A program made the translations under genes and the position numbers. The notes beneath the pieces were generated by a model. It saw nothing but the letters and a program-made list of their open reading frames with translations, was not told the DNA's origin and did not search any database. From assembly GCF_039654945.1 (NCBI RefSeq), contig NW_027361863.1, positions 1,612,001-1,676,000 on the forward strand: a DNA stretch of 64,000 bases, read 5' to 3'. Position 1 is the first letter of the stretch, and each line of letters starts with the position of its first letter. The DNA is from Dendrobates tinctorius. Taxonomy: Eukaryota. Shown here piece by piece: positions 1 to 13,625 of this stretch.

Positions 1-610
1 TATTTTTCATATGTACTTGTACATATTTATACAAGTGTTCGGAAATCCATCATCATAGTGTCAAAGGTTCGACAAGCACTGGTTCTTATCCACATAAAGA
101 GCCTCTACATCTAACTCCATTAACTGACACACTGGCTAAGGAGGAACTAAACCAAATGGAAGCTACATTCACAAAAACACGGCGAGTCCAAAGTAATCTA
201 CCATAGTAATGCCTGCAATGACTACAGCAACTCCGCAACATGAAGTTTGAGGCCATGTTCCTATGTGCAAAACTGCAGCTTTGTTTTTTTCTTCCTGCAG
301 GTATCTGACTAGAATGCGGAATAGCAACTTGCGCTGCAGATTTGAAGCTTTTTGCATGTATCTTTTATAGTGTGAAAGTTAAAGAACTCTGCATTTAAAA
401 AAAAAAAAAATGCATTTAAAATACCCAATTGCATTTTTCAAGCTCCCCATAGAAGCCTACTGGGGAAGAACACAGCAAAAACACAGTTCATCAGCGTCTT
501 TAAACACGCAACAGCATACGTTTTAATTAAAGCCTATCCACTTTATGCAGTGGGCTTTCTGCACACAAAAAATAAAAAAATACAGTGGGAGAGAACAAGT
601 TTTAATACTT

Positions 611-3600
611 CATGGGGACATGGCCATAAGAGTTCCCTTCGGCATAGAGCGTGTCATAGGGACATGGCCTTAGAGCTCACTTTGGCATAGAGTGCGTCAT
701 GGCCTTCAAGTTCCCTTTGGCATAGAGTGCGTCATGGGGACATGGCCATCGAGTTTCCTTTGGTATAGAGCGCGTCATGGGGACATGGCCATCGGGTTCC
801 CTTTGGTATAGAGCGCGTCATGGGGACATGGCCATCGAGTTCCCTTTGGTATAGAGCGCGTCATGGGGACATGGCCATCGAGTTCCCTTTGGTATAGAGC
901 GCGTCATGGGGACATGGCCATCGAGTTCCCTTTGGTATAGAGCGCGTCATGGGGACATGGCCATCGAGTTCCCTTTGATATAGAGCGCGTCATGGGGACA
1001 TGGCCGTAGAGTTCCCTTTGATATAGAGCGCGTCATGGGGACATGGCCATCGAGTTCCCTTTGATATAGAGCGCGTCATGGGGACATGGCCATCGAGTTC
1101 CCTTTGGTATAGAGCGCGTCATGGGGACATGGCCATCGAGTTCCCTTTGGTATAGAGCGCGTCATGGGGACATGGCCATCGAGTTCCCTTTGGTATAGAG
1201 CGCGTCATGGGGACATGGCCATCGAGTTCCCTTTGGTATAGAGCGCGTCATGGGGACATGGCCATCGAGTTCCCTTTGGTATAGAGCGCGTCATGGGGAC
1301 ATGGCCATCGAGTTCCCTTTGGTATAGAGCGCGTCATGGGGACATGGCCATCGAGTTCCCTTTGGTATAGAGCGCGTCATGGGGACATGGCCATCGAGTT
1401 CCCTTTGGTATAGAGCGCGTCATGGGGACATGGCCATCGAGTTCCCTTTGGTATAGAGCGCGTCATGGGGACATGGCCATCGAGTTCCCTTTGGTATAGA
1501 GCGCGTCATGGGGACATGGCCATCGAGTTCCCTTTGGTATAGAGCGCGTCATGGGGACATGGCCATCGAGTTCCCTTTGGTATAGAGCGCGTCATGGGGA
1601 CATGGCCATCGAGTTCCCTTTGGTATAGAGCGCGTCATGGGGACATGGCCATCGAGTTCCCTTTGGTATAGAGCGCGTCATGGGGACATGGCCATCGAGT
1701 TCCCTTTGGTATAGAGCGCGTCATGGGGACATGGCCATCGAGTTCCCTTTGGTATAGAGCGCGTCATGGGGACATGGCCATCGAGTTCCCTTTGGTATAG
1801 AGCGCGTCATGGGGACATGGCCATCGAGTTCCCTTTGGTATAGAGCGCGTCATGGGGACATGGCCATCGAGTTCCCTTTGGTATAGAGCGCGTCATGGGG
1901 ACATGGCCATCGAGTTCCCTTTGGTATAGAGCGCGTCATGGGGACATGGCCATCGAGTTCCCTTTGGTATAGAGCGCGTCATGGGGACATGGCCATCGAG
2001 TTCCCTTTGGTATAGAGCGCGTCATGGGGACATGGCCATCGAGTTCCCTTTGGTATAGGGCGCGTCATGGGGACATGGCCATCGAGTTCCCTTTGGTATA
2101 GGGCGCGTCATGGGGACATGGCCATCGAGTTCCCTTTGGTATAGGGCGCGTCAAGGGGACATGTCATCGAGTTCCCTTTGGTATAGGGCGCGTCAAGGGG
2201 ACATGTCATCGAGTTCCCTTTGGTATAGGGCGCGTGATGGGGACATGGCCATCGAGTTTCCTATGGTATAGAGCGCGTCATGGGGACATGGCCATCGAGT
2301 TTCCTTTGGTATAGAGCGCGTCATGGGGACATGGCCATTGGGTTTCCTTTGGTATAGAGCGCGTCATGGGGACATGGCCATCGGGTTTCCTTTGGCATAG
2401 AGCGCGTCATGGAGACATGGCCATAGAGTTTCCTTTGGTATAGAGCGCGTCATGGGGACATGGCCATCGGGTTCACTTTGGAATAGGGCGCGTCATGGGG
2501 ACATGGCCATCGAGTTTCCCTTTGGTATAGGGCGCGTCATGGGGACATAGAATCATAGAATAGTAGAGTTGGAAGGGACCTCCTGGGCCATCTGGTCCAA
2601 CCCCCTGCTCAAAGCAGGATTCGCTAAATCATCCCAGTCAGATGTCTGTCCAGCCTCTGTTTGAAGACTTCCATTGAAGGAGAACTCACCACTTCTCGTG
2701 GCAACTTGTTCCACTCATTGATCACTCTGTCAAAAAGTTTTTTCTAATATCTAATCTGTGTCTCCTCCCATTCAGTTTCATCCCATTGCTTCTAGTCTTT
2801 CCTTGTGCAAATGAGAATGAAGTTGATCCTTCTACAATGTGACAGCCCTTTAGATATTTGTAGACAGCTATTAAGTCTCCTCTCAGTCTTCTCTTTTGCA
2901 AACTAAACAATCCCAAATCCTGCAACCTTTCCTCATAAGACAGGGTTTGCAGACCGGTCACCATTCTGGTTGCTCTTTTCTGAACTTGCTCCAGTTTGTT
3001 GATGTCTTTTTTAAAATGTGGTGCCCAAAACTGGACACAATATTCCAGATGAGGTCTGACCAAAGAGGAGTAGAGGGAAATAATGACTTCACGTGATCTA
3101 GACGGTATGCTTCTGTTAATACATCCTAGAATTGCATTTGCCTTTTTTGCTGCTGCATCACACTGTTGACTCATATTCAGTCTGTGATCTATTAGTATAC
3201 CCAAGTCTTTTTCACATGTGCTGTTGCTTAGCCCTATTCCTCCCATTCTGTATATTCTTTTTACATTTTTATTGCCCAGATGTAGTACTTTGCATTTTTC
3301 CCTGTTAAAAACCATTCTGTTAGTTGCTGCCCACTTCTCCAGTTTATTTATATCTTTTTGAATCCTCTCTTGAGTTCCCTTTGGTATAGGATGCGTCATG
3401 GGGACATGGCCATCGAGTTTCCTTTGGTATAGAGCGCGTCATGGGGACATGGCCATCGAGTTCCCTTTGATATAGAATGCGTCATGGGGACATGGCCATC
3501 GGGTTCTCTTTGGTATAGAGCGCGCCATGGGGAAATGGCCATCGAGTTTCCTTTGGTATAGAGCGCGTCATGGGGACATGGCCATCGAGTTTCCTTTGGT

Positions 3601-4128
3601 ATAGAGCGCGTCATGGGGACATGGCCATCGAGTTCCCTTTGGTATAGGATGCGTCATGGGGACATGGCCATTGAGTTCCCTTTGGTATAGGATGCGTCAT
3701 GGGGACATGGCCATTGAGTTCCCTTTGGTATAGGATGCGTCATGGGGACATGGCCATCGAGTTCCCTTTGGTATAGGATGCGTCATGGGGACATGACCAT
3801 CGAGTTTCCTTTGGTATAGAGCGCTTCATGGGGTCATGGCCATCAAGTTCCCTTTGGTATAGAGCGCGTCATGGGGACATGGCCATCAAGCTCCCTTTGG
3901 TATAGAGCGCGTCATGGGGACATGGCCATGGCGTTTCCTTTGGTATAGAGCGCATCATGGGGAAATGGCCTTCGAGTACCCTTCGGCATAGAGCGTGACA
4001 TGGGTACGTGGCCTTAGAGCTCACTTCGGCATAGAGCGCTTCAAGGGCATATGGCCTTCGAGTTCCCTTCGGTATAGAGTGCTTCATTAGAACATAGCCT
4101 TAGAGTTCACTTCGGTATAGAGCACATC
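611..4128. repeat. 43-bp minisatellite (CATGGGGACATGGCCATCGAGTTCCCTTTGGTATAGAGCGCGT), about 62 copies, split by a CR1 insertion at 2546-3370
   Basis: 43-bp periodicity read directly (e.g. 1081 vs 1124); homogeneous core, degenerate edges. Confidence 0.97.
2546..3370 (-). mobile_element. 5'-truncated CR1 LINE (ORF2 C-terminus plus 3' UTR with ATTCTATG tail)
   Basis: ORF 2722-3399 has the CR1 motifs LYSSLVRPHLEYCVQFWAP and LQKRRLRGDLI; (CATAGAAT)2 tail at 2546; near-identical to 43413-44734. Confidence 0.95.
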
Positions 4129-5894
4129 TAGTCATCTTCTGGTCCAAATGACTTCCATAAAAAGTCTATGAACAGTCAAACAAGAAGTAGTTACATCATC
4201 TGCCTCACTGAGCCAACATACCCAACAGAGTACAAATCGTTAGCCATCTCCATAAATGCACTAGCCCATTGGAAAAAGTCTTTACTGAATGTAAAAATGA
4301 GCACATGTGCATTGAAGGAATCAGTTACTTACTAAAAAGTTCAAGATCATACAAAGTGGAATGGAAGCCACAAATGGATGCCCAACTTGTCCTACCTATT
4401 TTCAGAAAATGCCCAATGGATACGTGATCCTAGAACAACATCGTCCAACTATCACTTGACAACAAGGCACAAATCAATATGGAACAATATAGATATCTTC
4501 AGAATAAAGCGTAAGGTCGGTGGTACTTCGCACTGAATACATAAGAAGGCTGTTTCCAAGCAATAAAAACTTACTTTGATGTAATTATTTTTTTTAATCA
4601 ATCCATGAAAATAATAAAGTAGCTATAAATTAGGCACATTTTCATTCACACGACTAATAGTTACAAAACTCTGGTCCCCCCTCCCTTATAAGGCTTGATA
4701 AGGATAAGGCTATGGGAGATGCCATGGATGGTCCGGGTCCCGGCTATCAAACAACTCACAGTGCGGTACAGGATTAGCGCCACTATACGGTATTCCAGGT
4801 TGCAATGGCGATGACAGCACACTAGAAGGCTAGGAAAGTGGTGGTAGAACCTGATGACCGGTCTACTATATACAGTGATACATAGCGGCTGCAGAAGCCA
4901 AACGCTCCAACATGTTAATGGGAATAACGTGAGAAAGTTATATTTAGCTTAAAAAAAAAAAAAAAAAAGGAACTGCATTTCAGTAAACAAATGCTACTGT
5001 CCATATCCTTTAAAAGCTCCATTAAGCAGTAAAAATTCGTGGGTTGCGAGTGTCCTGTTCATGAGCTCTGACTTGGCACTCACTAATCTCTAGGGTGAAG
5101 GAGCCGAAATGAACTTCTAATTGGTTTCATGCTGAACAGATGAGATCTAAGAGCCAAGTGCTCAGGACAACGCCAAGGAAAAAAAAAGTCAGTACGTACA
5201 ATATAACACCCCTGTGATTGCTTTTGTAATGTCCTGGAAGTGGCACAAAAGTCCTAAACCACAGTGGACTTTTATGTCATAAACCTAAAGAAGCACTCTC
5301 ATCAAACTCTTTATGCTATTAATATTGCAGTCATCATATTATATAGCACCACACTTACAATTGCTCATTTTGCCTTTCTACCCAGATAATTCATTTCTTT
5401 TCCATTAGGTCTATGACAGCACATGACTAGATGAATTCTTCTAAGCTCTATGTAGAAACAGGAGGTCAATTTTCTCTGCATAAGTCATGAGTCGCTGAAA
5501 AAGTCCCTGGAAGCAGCTCGGTCAGGCGTTGAAGAGGGGAATGATAAATGCAGGGACAAGAAACTTCCTGTTTGTACATAGAGAGAAAAGAGAAGAATGG
5601 GTAGAAAGGCAAAATGAGCAATTGTAAGTACACAGTGTTGCATAATATGATGGCTGCAATATATTAACTGCTCTTTAATTTAGTGGAGAAAGAAAGTGTT
5701 CCAATGATAAAGTATACGTGCAATCAATGGTCCACAACCACAAGAGCCGTTAAAAACTTCAAGTGTAGGTCATACCAGGTAGTGCTAAGGCTACAGCTAC
5801 TTAATAAAAGGGTTATGTATTATGGGTAGAAGCATCTTTTATGAGATTAGAATGTAATTTCTTCTAAAGCCAAGAGTCATGCCATTTGCTTTAA

Positions 5895-7259
5895 CCCCTT
5901 TGTGACCGGGCCAATTTTTTAAATTCTGACCAATGTCACTTTATGTGGTCATAACTCTGGAATGCTTCAACAAATCCCAGTGATTTTGAGACTGTTTTTT
6001 CATGGCACATTATAATTTATGATAGTGGTAAATTTAGATTGATATATTTTGTGTTTATTTATAAAAAAATATCAGAAACTTGAAAAAAATGTAAAAAAAA
6101 ATTGCAATTTTCAAACTTTGAATGATTATCCTTTTAATCCAGAGAGTCATACCACAGAAAAACATCAATAAATAACATTTCCCACATGCCTGCTTTACAT
6201 CAGCACAATTATTAAACCGCTAGTTTATTTTGTTAGCCTTTTAGGAGGTTTAAAAATGTAGGAATAATTTTTCATTTTTTCAAGGAAATTTACAAAATTT
6301 ATTTTTTTGAGGGACCTATCCAAGTTTGAAGTGACTTTGGGTGTCCTATATATTGGAAAACCCCAAACATGATACCATTTTAAAAACTGCACCCCCTGAC
6401 ATATTGAAAACTGCTGTCAGGTAGTTTATTAACCCTTCAGGTGATTTTCAGGAATTAATGCAAAGTGGTATAGCAAGAAAGAAAAAATGTTTGTTTACCA
6501 CCTAAATGTCACTAACTTCTGAACCGACTGCTATAGCCGGCAGACTCTAAGGGCCCCGTCACACATAGCGACTCACCAGCGATCCCGACAACGATATCAA
6601 CGTGTCAGGATCGCTGGCGAGTCGCTACATGATCGCTGGTGAGCTGCCAAACAGGCAGCTTCACCAGCGATCAGCACCAGCGACGCCGCGTCGCTGTGTA
6701 CTTAGTTACCAGCGCGCTGATCCAGGGAGCTGGTAACTAAGTGACGTGCGTCACTTAGAAACCCGATGTGTACCTTAGTTACCAGCTGATCGCTGGTCTC
6801 CCGCCTGTCACACGCAGTGATGCGTGCTGGCCAGCGGGAGATCAGGGACCAAAGAAACGTCCAGGGCTTTCCAAGTGCGATCAGCGATACCGGCAGGGGG
6901 GGCCGGTCGCTGATCGCTGTCACACATAGCGATCTCGCTGGTGAAATCGCTGTTGCGTCACAAAACTTGTGACTCAGCAGCGATCTCGCTAGCGAGATAG
7001 CTATGTGTGACGGGGCCATAAGGCCGCTATATGGCCATGAACTGCTATGGCAAACATCAGGACCACACAATCATGATCTCGGTGTGTCAGATTAAAGTGC
7101 AAGCCCCCACAATCTATTAACCATTTATTTGATGTAGTCACTTTTGACAGCAGCAACTAAGGGGTTAAACAGATAAGGATGGTGCCAACACCGATCATTT
7201 GTGATACAGCAAGTTGTCAGCTGTAGTGGACAAAATACGTATTGGCTGTCATGAGGGGG
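5895..7259. mobile_element. Non-autonomous TTAA-target DNA transposon (piggyBac-like ends)
   Basis: TTAA|CCCCTTTGTGAC ... GTCATGAGGGGG|TTAA. Confidence 0.7.
6551..7018. mobile_element. PIF/Harbinger-type MITE nested in the TTAA element
   Basis: TAA|GGGCCCCGTCACACATAGC ... GCTATGTGTGACGGGGCCA|TAA; TIRs plus 3-bp TAA TSD. Confidence 0.85.
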
Positions 7260-7710
7260 TTAAGGGAATTTATCATCAAAAAATTACCAACTAAGTAAAT
7301 CAGATTTTTATGGTACATGTACTTAAAAAAATGTCAATTTAGATTTTCATAGAACGATCTTCATTAAAAAAAAAAAACAAAATTAGTAACATCTTGCAAT
7401 TCTCACACAATACTGGGATTTTTAAGACCGTCTACGAAGAATTTTCAACAGGCTCCTTATCAGAGGCAGGATTACAACAGGTAAGACCTCTTCACAGCTG
7501 ATAACAACAATACACCAATCACAATAGTTGATATCATGGCTGTCCCTCTTTTTACAACGACCTTTGCCCACGCTCATTAGATGCTTCAATACAAAAGATA
7601 GGGTAGGAATCACTGTATTGCAGCTAATGTATATGTGAATTGCCTGAAGCAACGGTACGTTAGAGACCAAAAAGCCCCAGTTTCTGGTGCGATTATTGCA
7701 GGAGTTCCAT

Positions 7711-10060
7711 CTTTTTTTAATTAAACCAAAAAGTTTATGGAGGAGATATAAAGGAAAGGAAAGGATACAGCAAATTAAAGTTTTGATGTTAAATATGTTA
7801 TTAACAGGAACAAAAATACCGTATCAGACCAAATAAACTAAGTTACACAATAGTCATTGATGTCTGTCTATCTCTATTTAGTGAGAAGGGATGATAAAGG
7901 GTGGGGGGTTTAGATAGGATGATAAAGGGTGGGTTTAAAGACCACAGAGAAGAAAGGGTGGCTCCAAAAGCCCTCTGTCCCCCTGTTGAGACACCACCCC
8001 AGCACAGTCAGCACTCCAGTTCAAGGAAAAATTGTGGGCTTTAATCCAGCACCAATCTATCTACAATGCTTTGGTGTTATTCAGAGTCAACAAATAGACA
8101 AGTATAAGGGTCATCACTCATCAGTAATGGAGATTCCCCTGCGGTAGTGTAGGAGCTGAACCACTTGGGCCCAGTATCCCCTAATCTCCAGGCAAATCAA
8201 ACAGATGATGAAACAAAACTTGAGAGCCCCAGCAACATTTGGTGCACTCGCCCCAGAATTCACGTTGTACTCTATGCATGCTAGACAGTAATGACTAAAT
8301 AATTATGTGGCTCTTTCAGTATAGTTAGTTGAAACATGTCTAAGGGCTCCCAAGGAGACCTACCAGTACCCATCATTTATCAGTCCTATACCCGTCTCCC
8401 ACTTGCTTCTTGTCAAGTCATATAGTGGTAACGCAATGCGGTCAGCAAAGGCAGTAAGTGGGATATAAGCCCAAACCTCAGTGGATCCAGTAGCACCTGG
8501 GACAAGAGCAATTCTCGCGGGACAGGCGGTGGATCCAGAAAAAAGGCTGGAAGGGCATGTTACAATTATAGGTAACAGAAAACGTAATTGTTTGGAAGAT
8601 GTAGCTCATCTTTTAGGATCTGGAAGGAGCTGACTGCGGTAGATCAATCCTGCCATTTCAAACATAGGACCACTTTCCAGAATTGACATGTGTGGCTGTC
8701 ATATGAAGGGGACTGAAGCAACCTCTGTTCTGCAGACCAGACCACAAGGGCCTGCCTGAGAATTGGGTATCAGGCGGAGACTCCTGAGGCTCTCGTATAG
8801 GAGCAAAGTAGCACATGTAGTGGATGGGAGATCTCTGGGTTATGAAAATGGATGAATTCCACTTAAAAGCGCTCACAAGATCTCCCCCACCATCTGCAAA
8901 CAGACTAATTTCATCATGAAGGGGGCCTAGTATGAAGCCGGTGATCTCCAGGCTAGAGCAGATAATGGCCACCAATGGCTCCATTGCAAGGATATATAAT
9001 ATCGGCGATAGTGGGCTTCCCTATCGGGTGCCCCAGAATAGGGAAAATCAGTCTGAAACATACCCATTGACCCATATACGCGAAACCAGTTCCGTATATA
9101 GAAGTTTAAACTATTTAGTAAATAGAGGTCCAAAACCAATCCTACACATCGTTGCCCAAAGGAGCTCCAACTCAGAGTGAAAAGCCTTACTGATATCCTA
9201 GAAGAGCAGCTCTTGTCCCCACCCTCCATTTTCACTGGTTGACTGGAAGGACGTAAACAGAGGTCGAATGTTAAGGGCCTTTGATTTTTCTGATATTAAT
9301 ACAGTTTGATCCCCATGAAGAATCTGCAGGATACTAGACCAATGTCAAATAGCTAAATTATAGCTAGTATTTTTATATCAGATTGTGCTTCATATAGATA
9401 GATTTCGATATTACAAAGGGTGGGGTCCTTACCAGGTTTGGCTGTGGCAACTATTATTGCCTCCCGAATAGACGCCAGTAGCGGGCCCTTCTCGATAGAT
9501 TCTTCAAAGAGGGACTTTAGAACTGGAGTGCATTGCATGCATTGTTTATGAAACTCCTCGGAGAGGCTGTCGGAGCCAGGGGTCTCATTGCAATTCTCAG
9601 GTTGCACCAACGTAGTCTGTTCTCATGGTCCTCCATTCTGCTATGTAGGGTGTCCGGCTGAGTCTTGACAGTGGAGGAGATGGTTGATACCGTGGGAGTT
9701 ATACAGTCTTCCATAGTGTTTATTTGTTGCTCTGCCCGTCACTCGCTCTCTGGGCATCACAAAGCCAGATCCACATGTCAACTTTGAGCTCGTTGATTCT
9801 AGTTAGAGCTGTCTGGCATTGGTGGATTGCCTACAGAACTTTCTGAGTGTCGCTCAGGATGTCTGGCGAGGTTTCACCCGCAGGATGAGAGTGCTGAGTA
9901 AAGGCCACAGCCTCAGAGGCAGGTATTTCTCCAATTTGTTAACTACATGAGGATGTTTCTTTTGCCGAGAGATGGAGCCTTTAGAAGGCATTATACCAGC
10001 AGATATGTGAAGCACAATTTAAGTGAATGTCAAGCAGTGTCAACTGTGTTCTCAAAAAAC
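7711..10060 (-). mobile_element. Degenerate, internally deleted L1-clade LINE remnant (ORF1 and ORF2 pieces); boundaries approximate
   Basis: MEDHENRLRWCNLRI resembles the ORF1 motif; TPGSDSLSEEF...KPGKDP and EPLVAIICSSLEITG...EISLFADG resemble ORF2 RT; many frameshifts. Confidence 0.8.
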
Positions 10061-10477
10061 GGATGACGGAGGTCAGCATCAAGGAGCTAAGATTACAATG
10101 ATCCTTTTAATTGGGTGTATATTCAAAGAAGAAACATAGGATGGAGGATCCAAAGATGGACTTGGCGCAGATGGTCTGTGTATAGGAAGGATCATTCACA
10201 GTAGATGACAATCCTTGTCAGGTAGTCAGATAAGAGACCAGGGAACCTGTAGTTATAGCCCTGAGCAAAAGGGGGGCTGCACAGGGTTAGGTGGGGTGAT
10301 GAGGCCTCCTAACCAGCAGCACACTTTAGAAGTCCCCAATATGGTGCGCACAAACCTTCATCCTCTATCACAATACCTTATTTGCTATTTTTAACACAAA
10401 AAAAAATAACGATATGGGGGAAAAAAACACTGTCAAAAATGTTTGAAAAATACATTTAACACAAAAATTTGATTTAA

Positions 10478-12375
10478 AGGGAAGGTGCCGTAATTTTATA
10501 TAATTTGCAAAAAAATAGTAAGTAACAAAACATGTTGTTTTAGCAAATGTTGTACTAACTAGGATTTATGGTTTGTTTGTAATAATGTTTTAATGTAGTC
10601 ACTGGGCGCTGCCATCTTGATTTGCAGATCTGTGGAGGACTTATACAGTCTGCAAATATGGCCGTCCCTGGACATAGGAGACTGCGGTCGGCTTCCGACC
10701 GCACATTGCAGCCTCAGTAGCAGAGAACTGGGCACGCCCCTGTGGGCTGCACCATTCACTGCTGTAGGTGTGGCTGGGCGCCATTTTACTGTAGCCCAGT
10801 GCTATCTGCTGAGCTCCACTTTCCCTCTATCACAGGACCACTTGTGGCATAACAGGTCCTGTGTTGTGAGGAGAGGCTGTAGATATGGAGAAGGTGGTCA
10901 GCAGAGGAGAGAAGCGCTCACTGGAGCCGGAGGATGGAGAGTGGTGAGTGCGGGTGACTTTCCTCTATGCTCCTCTGTCCTGCTACTCCAGGCTCGGCCC
11001 TGTGCTTCCTGCTCCAGCGTCCTCCTGCTCTGTCTCCGCCTCCTCACTCACAGCCCCAGTGATCTCCGTAATCTGACACCTTCCCTTTTATGGCTGTCTG
11101 AGGAGGACAGTGACATATACAGCCCATAGTCTAGTGTATGGGGGGGCTGGAAGTTTCACCAGTGTGGGCATATCTGTAATACTGTCTTGTGTGATACTGA
11201 CTGCTGAGCCGTGTATCTAATCCTATCCTGTGTGATACTGACTGCTGAGCTGTGTATCTAATCCTATCCTGTGTGATACTGACTGCTGAGCTGTGTATCT
11301 AATCCTGTCCTGTGTGATCCTGACTGCTGAGCCGTGTATCTAATCCTCTCCTGTGTGATACTGACTGCTGAGCTGTGTATCTATTCCTATCCTGTGTGAT
11401 ACTGACTGTTGAGCTGTGTATCTAATCCTCTCCTGTGTGATACTGCCTGCTGAGCCGTGTATCTAATCCTATCCTGTGTGATACTGACTGCTGAGCTGTG
11501 TATCTATTCCTATCCTGTGTGATACTGACTGTTGAGCCGTGTATCTAATCCTATCCTGTGTGATACTGACTGCTGAGCCGTGTATCTAATCCTCTCCTGT
11601 GTGATACTGTCTGCTGAGCTGTGTATCTAATCCTATCCTGTGTGATGCTGTCTGCTGAGCCATGTATCTAATCCTGTCCCGTGTGATACTGCTCTCCTGA
11701 AATACTCTGTGCTGCTGTCACCCTGCTGGTTTTATGTGTGATCTACATGGTGGTATGAACTATATGGCGGTATTATGTGTGAAATATATGGCGGTATTAT
11801 GTGAGAACACTGTGGCAGTATTATCTGCTAAAAGGGGACCCATTCTAGGGTGGTTCTGGCTGAGCACCTGCACACAGGTCAGGGGTAATAGGTGCAGTCA
11901 GGGGAGGGCTGGGGAGGCAGCTGAAGAGAGGGGTCTCATTTTTATCATTACTGTATGGCTCCATTCCCCCCCAGCCTGCTTCCCAGTGTCACCCTGGACT
12001 GCGCCTGTCGCCTCGCTTTCACACATCGCCAGGACAGGATCTGAGGAGGGGAATGGGGTCTTTGCCTGCAAAGTCTGGATCAGGCTGATTGATGGCCGTT
12101 CTGATCCAGAGTTTACATGAAAAGACAGTCAGTAACTTTGCAGGCCCCATCAAAATGGCTGCTCACTGTGTTCCTAGATGTCATAGGTTTTTGTGCCAGA
12201 TTTCAGTAGCTGCTCCCCCTAGTGTTAACAAGTGGAAATGCCAAACTTTTTATAATTATTTTTCATATTTTTCAAAATTAAAAACAAATGATAATATTTT
12301 TTAAGAAAATGTAAACATTAATTCTTTACATTTTTTCAATTGCTGAAAAAAAATTTTTTGGATGGCACCTTCCCT
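10478..12375. mobile_element. Kolobok/T2-like MITE with an internal 41-bp array
   Basis: TTAA|AGGGAAGGTGCC ... GGCACCTTCCCT|TTAA. Confidence 0.85.
11187..11692. repeat. 41-bp tandem repeat (CTGTGTGATACTGACTGCTGAGCYGTGTATCTAATCCTATC), about 12 copies
   Basis: periodicity 11228 vs 11269. Confidence 0.95.
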
Positions 12376-12436
12376 TTAAACAATAGATCACTTGAAGAAT
12401 GCAGCCACATTTTCCCATTTTTAGACATTTTCTTAA

Positions 12437-13625
12437 AGGAGCTGTCCCATGAACAAAAGTGTTACTTAACTGATAGATAATGGAAAACTTTGTATTTTCA
12501 CAATTGGATGTATTTAAAAAAAAAAAAAAGAAAAAGGCTGCTCTGCAAGAGATAAATGAACTGTGCCCCTGCTGCATCGTGTATAAAGGGGGCTTCACAT
12601 ATAGCGATATCGCTAGCAATATCGCTAAAGTGTCACCAATTTTGTGACGCGGCAGTAATATTGCTAGCGATATCGCTATGTGTGATACTTACCTCTGACC
12701 GGCTCCCTCGCTGGTTATCGATGATCGCGCAAGAACGTCCTGGGCAGTATCTTGTCAGCGGCTTCCTGCGGGCGCCGACAAGCGACGCGTGGACGCAGAC
12801 GGAAGACATCATCCCTGCGTGTGACAGGTAAGTAACGACCGCTGCTGCGTCGCTGCTGAGATCTTCCTGTGTGGCAGCTCACTAGCGACCATTTAGCGAT
12901 GCACCAGCGATCCTGACCGGGTTGTATCGTTGTCGGGATCGCTGGTGCATCGCTAAATGTAACGGGACCCTAAGGCTTCTGTCCAGCCATGCAGCGAGGG
13001 CTTTACCCGATTGTCGGCACACGCTGTTTGAATTTATCCGACAGAAGGAGGGAGGCCATAAGGCAGGGGTCCCCAACCTGTAGCTCAGGAGCCACATGTG
13101 GCTCGCGGTTCCATGAATTGTGGCTTGCGAATGTCTGCAAGCTTGGTGCGTTAGCTCCAGGTCTAGCATGAGGTATGAAGAGAACATCTCAAAATGGTGA
13201 ATTTTGTGAGTAGCCCTGCACAGAAGTGCAGATCTGGATGCACATATACTGTCTTGGGGTTTAGAGATGGTACGCTGGAGGATGGTACTACCTGTTAGAG
13301 GAGATGCTCAAAGCTGGGTGCGACAGTGTATTGGGAGTTCTTGATGGGAGAATCCTGAATGGGGGTATTGTGGGAACCCCTGGATCTCTGTGTACTTTGG
13401 AGTGATTTAAGTGGAAAAGCTTTGGTTATGATTATACCTGTAATGGAGGCTTTGGTTGACACTACTTTGAGAGGGGGCGGGAGCTGGATGTGGCTCACCA
13501 CCCTCACTCAGTGCTGAATGTGGCTCTCAAGGTCAGAAAGGTTGGAGACCACTGCCATAAGGGGTGAAAAAGCTTAATTTTACTTTATTGATAAAAAGAG
13601 CACTTTTTTGTTGGGACAACCCCTT
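12437..13625. mobile_element. T2-like MITE hosting a Harbinger-type MITE (about 12587-12970) and a hAT MITE
   Basis: TTAA|AGGAGCTGTCCC ... GGGACAACCCCTT|TTAA; the inner element is related to 6551-7018 and is bounded by TAA. Confidence 0.65.
13064..13554. mobile_element. hAT (Charlie-type) MITE
   Basis: 8-bp TSD CCATAAGG at 13056-63 and 13555-62; TIR CAGGGGTCCCCAACCT / AGGTTGGAGACCACTG. Confidence 0.9.

Noticed and set aside
611-4128. CRISPR-like array (also considered for the 26-, 28-, 41- and 68-bp repeats)
   Set aside because: Units are head-to-tail with no unique spacers, there are no cas genes, and the context is vertebrate
5050-5175. Possible snoRNA or miRNA hairpin (CTTGGC...GCCAAG)
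   Set aside because: Only short complementarity, with no properly placed C/D or H/ACA boxes
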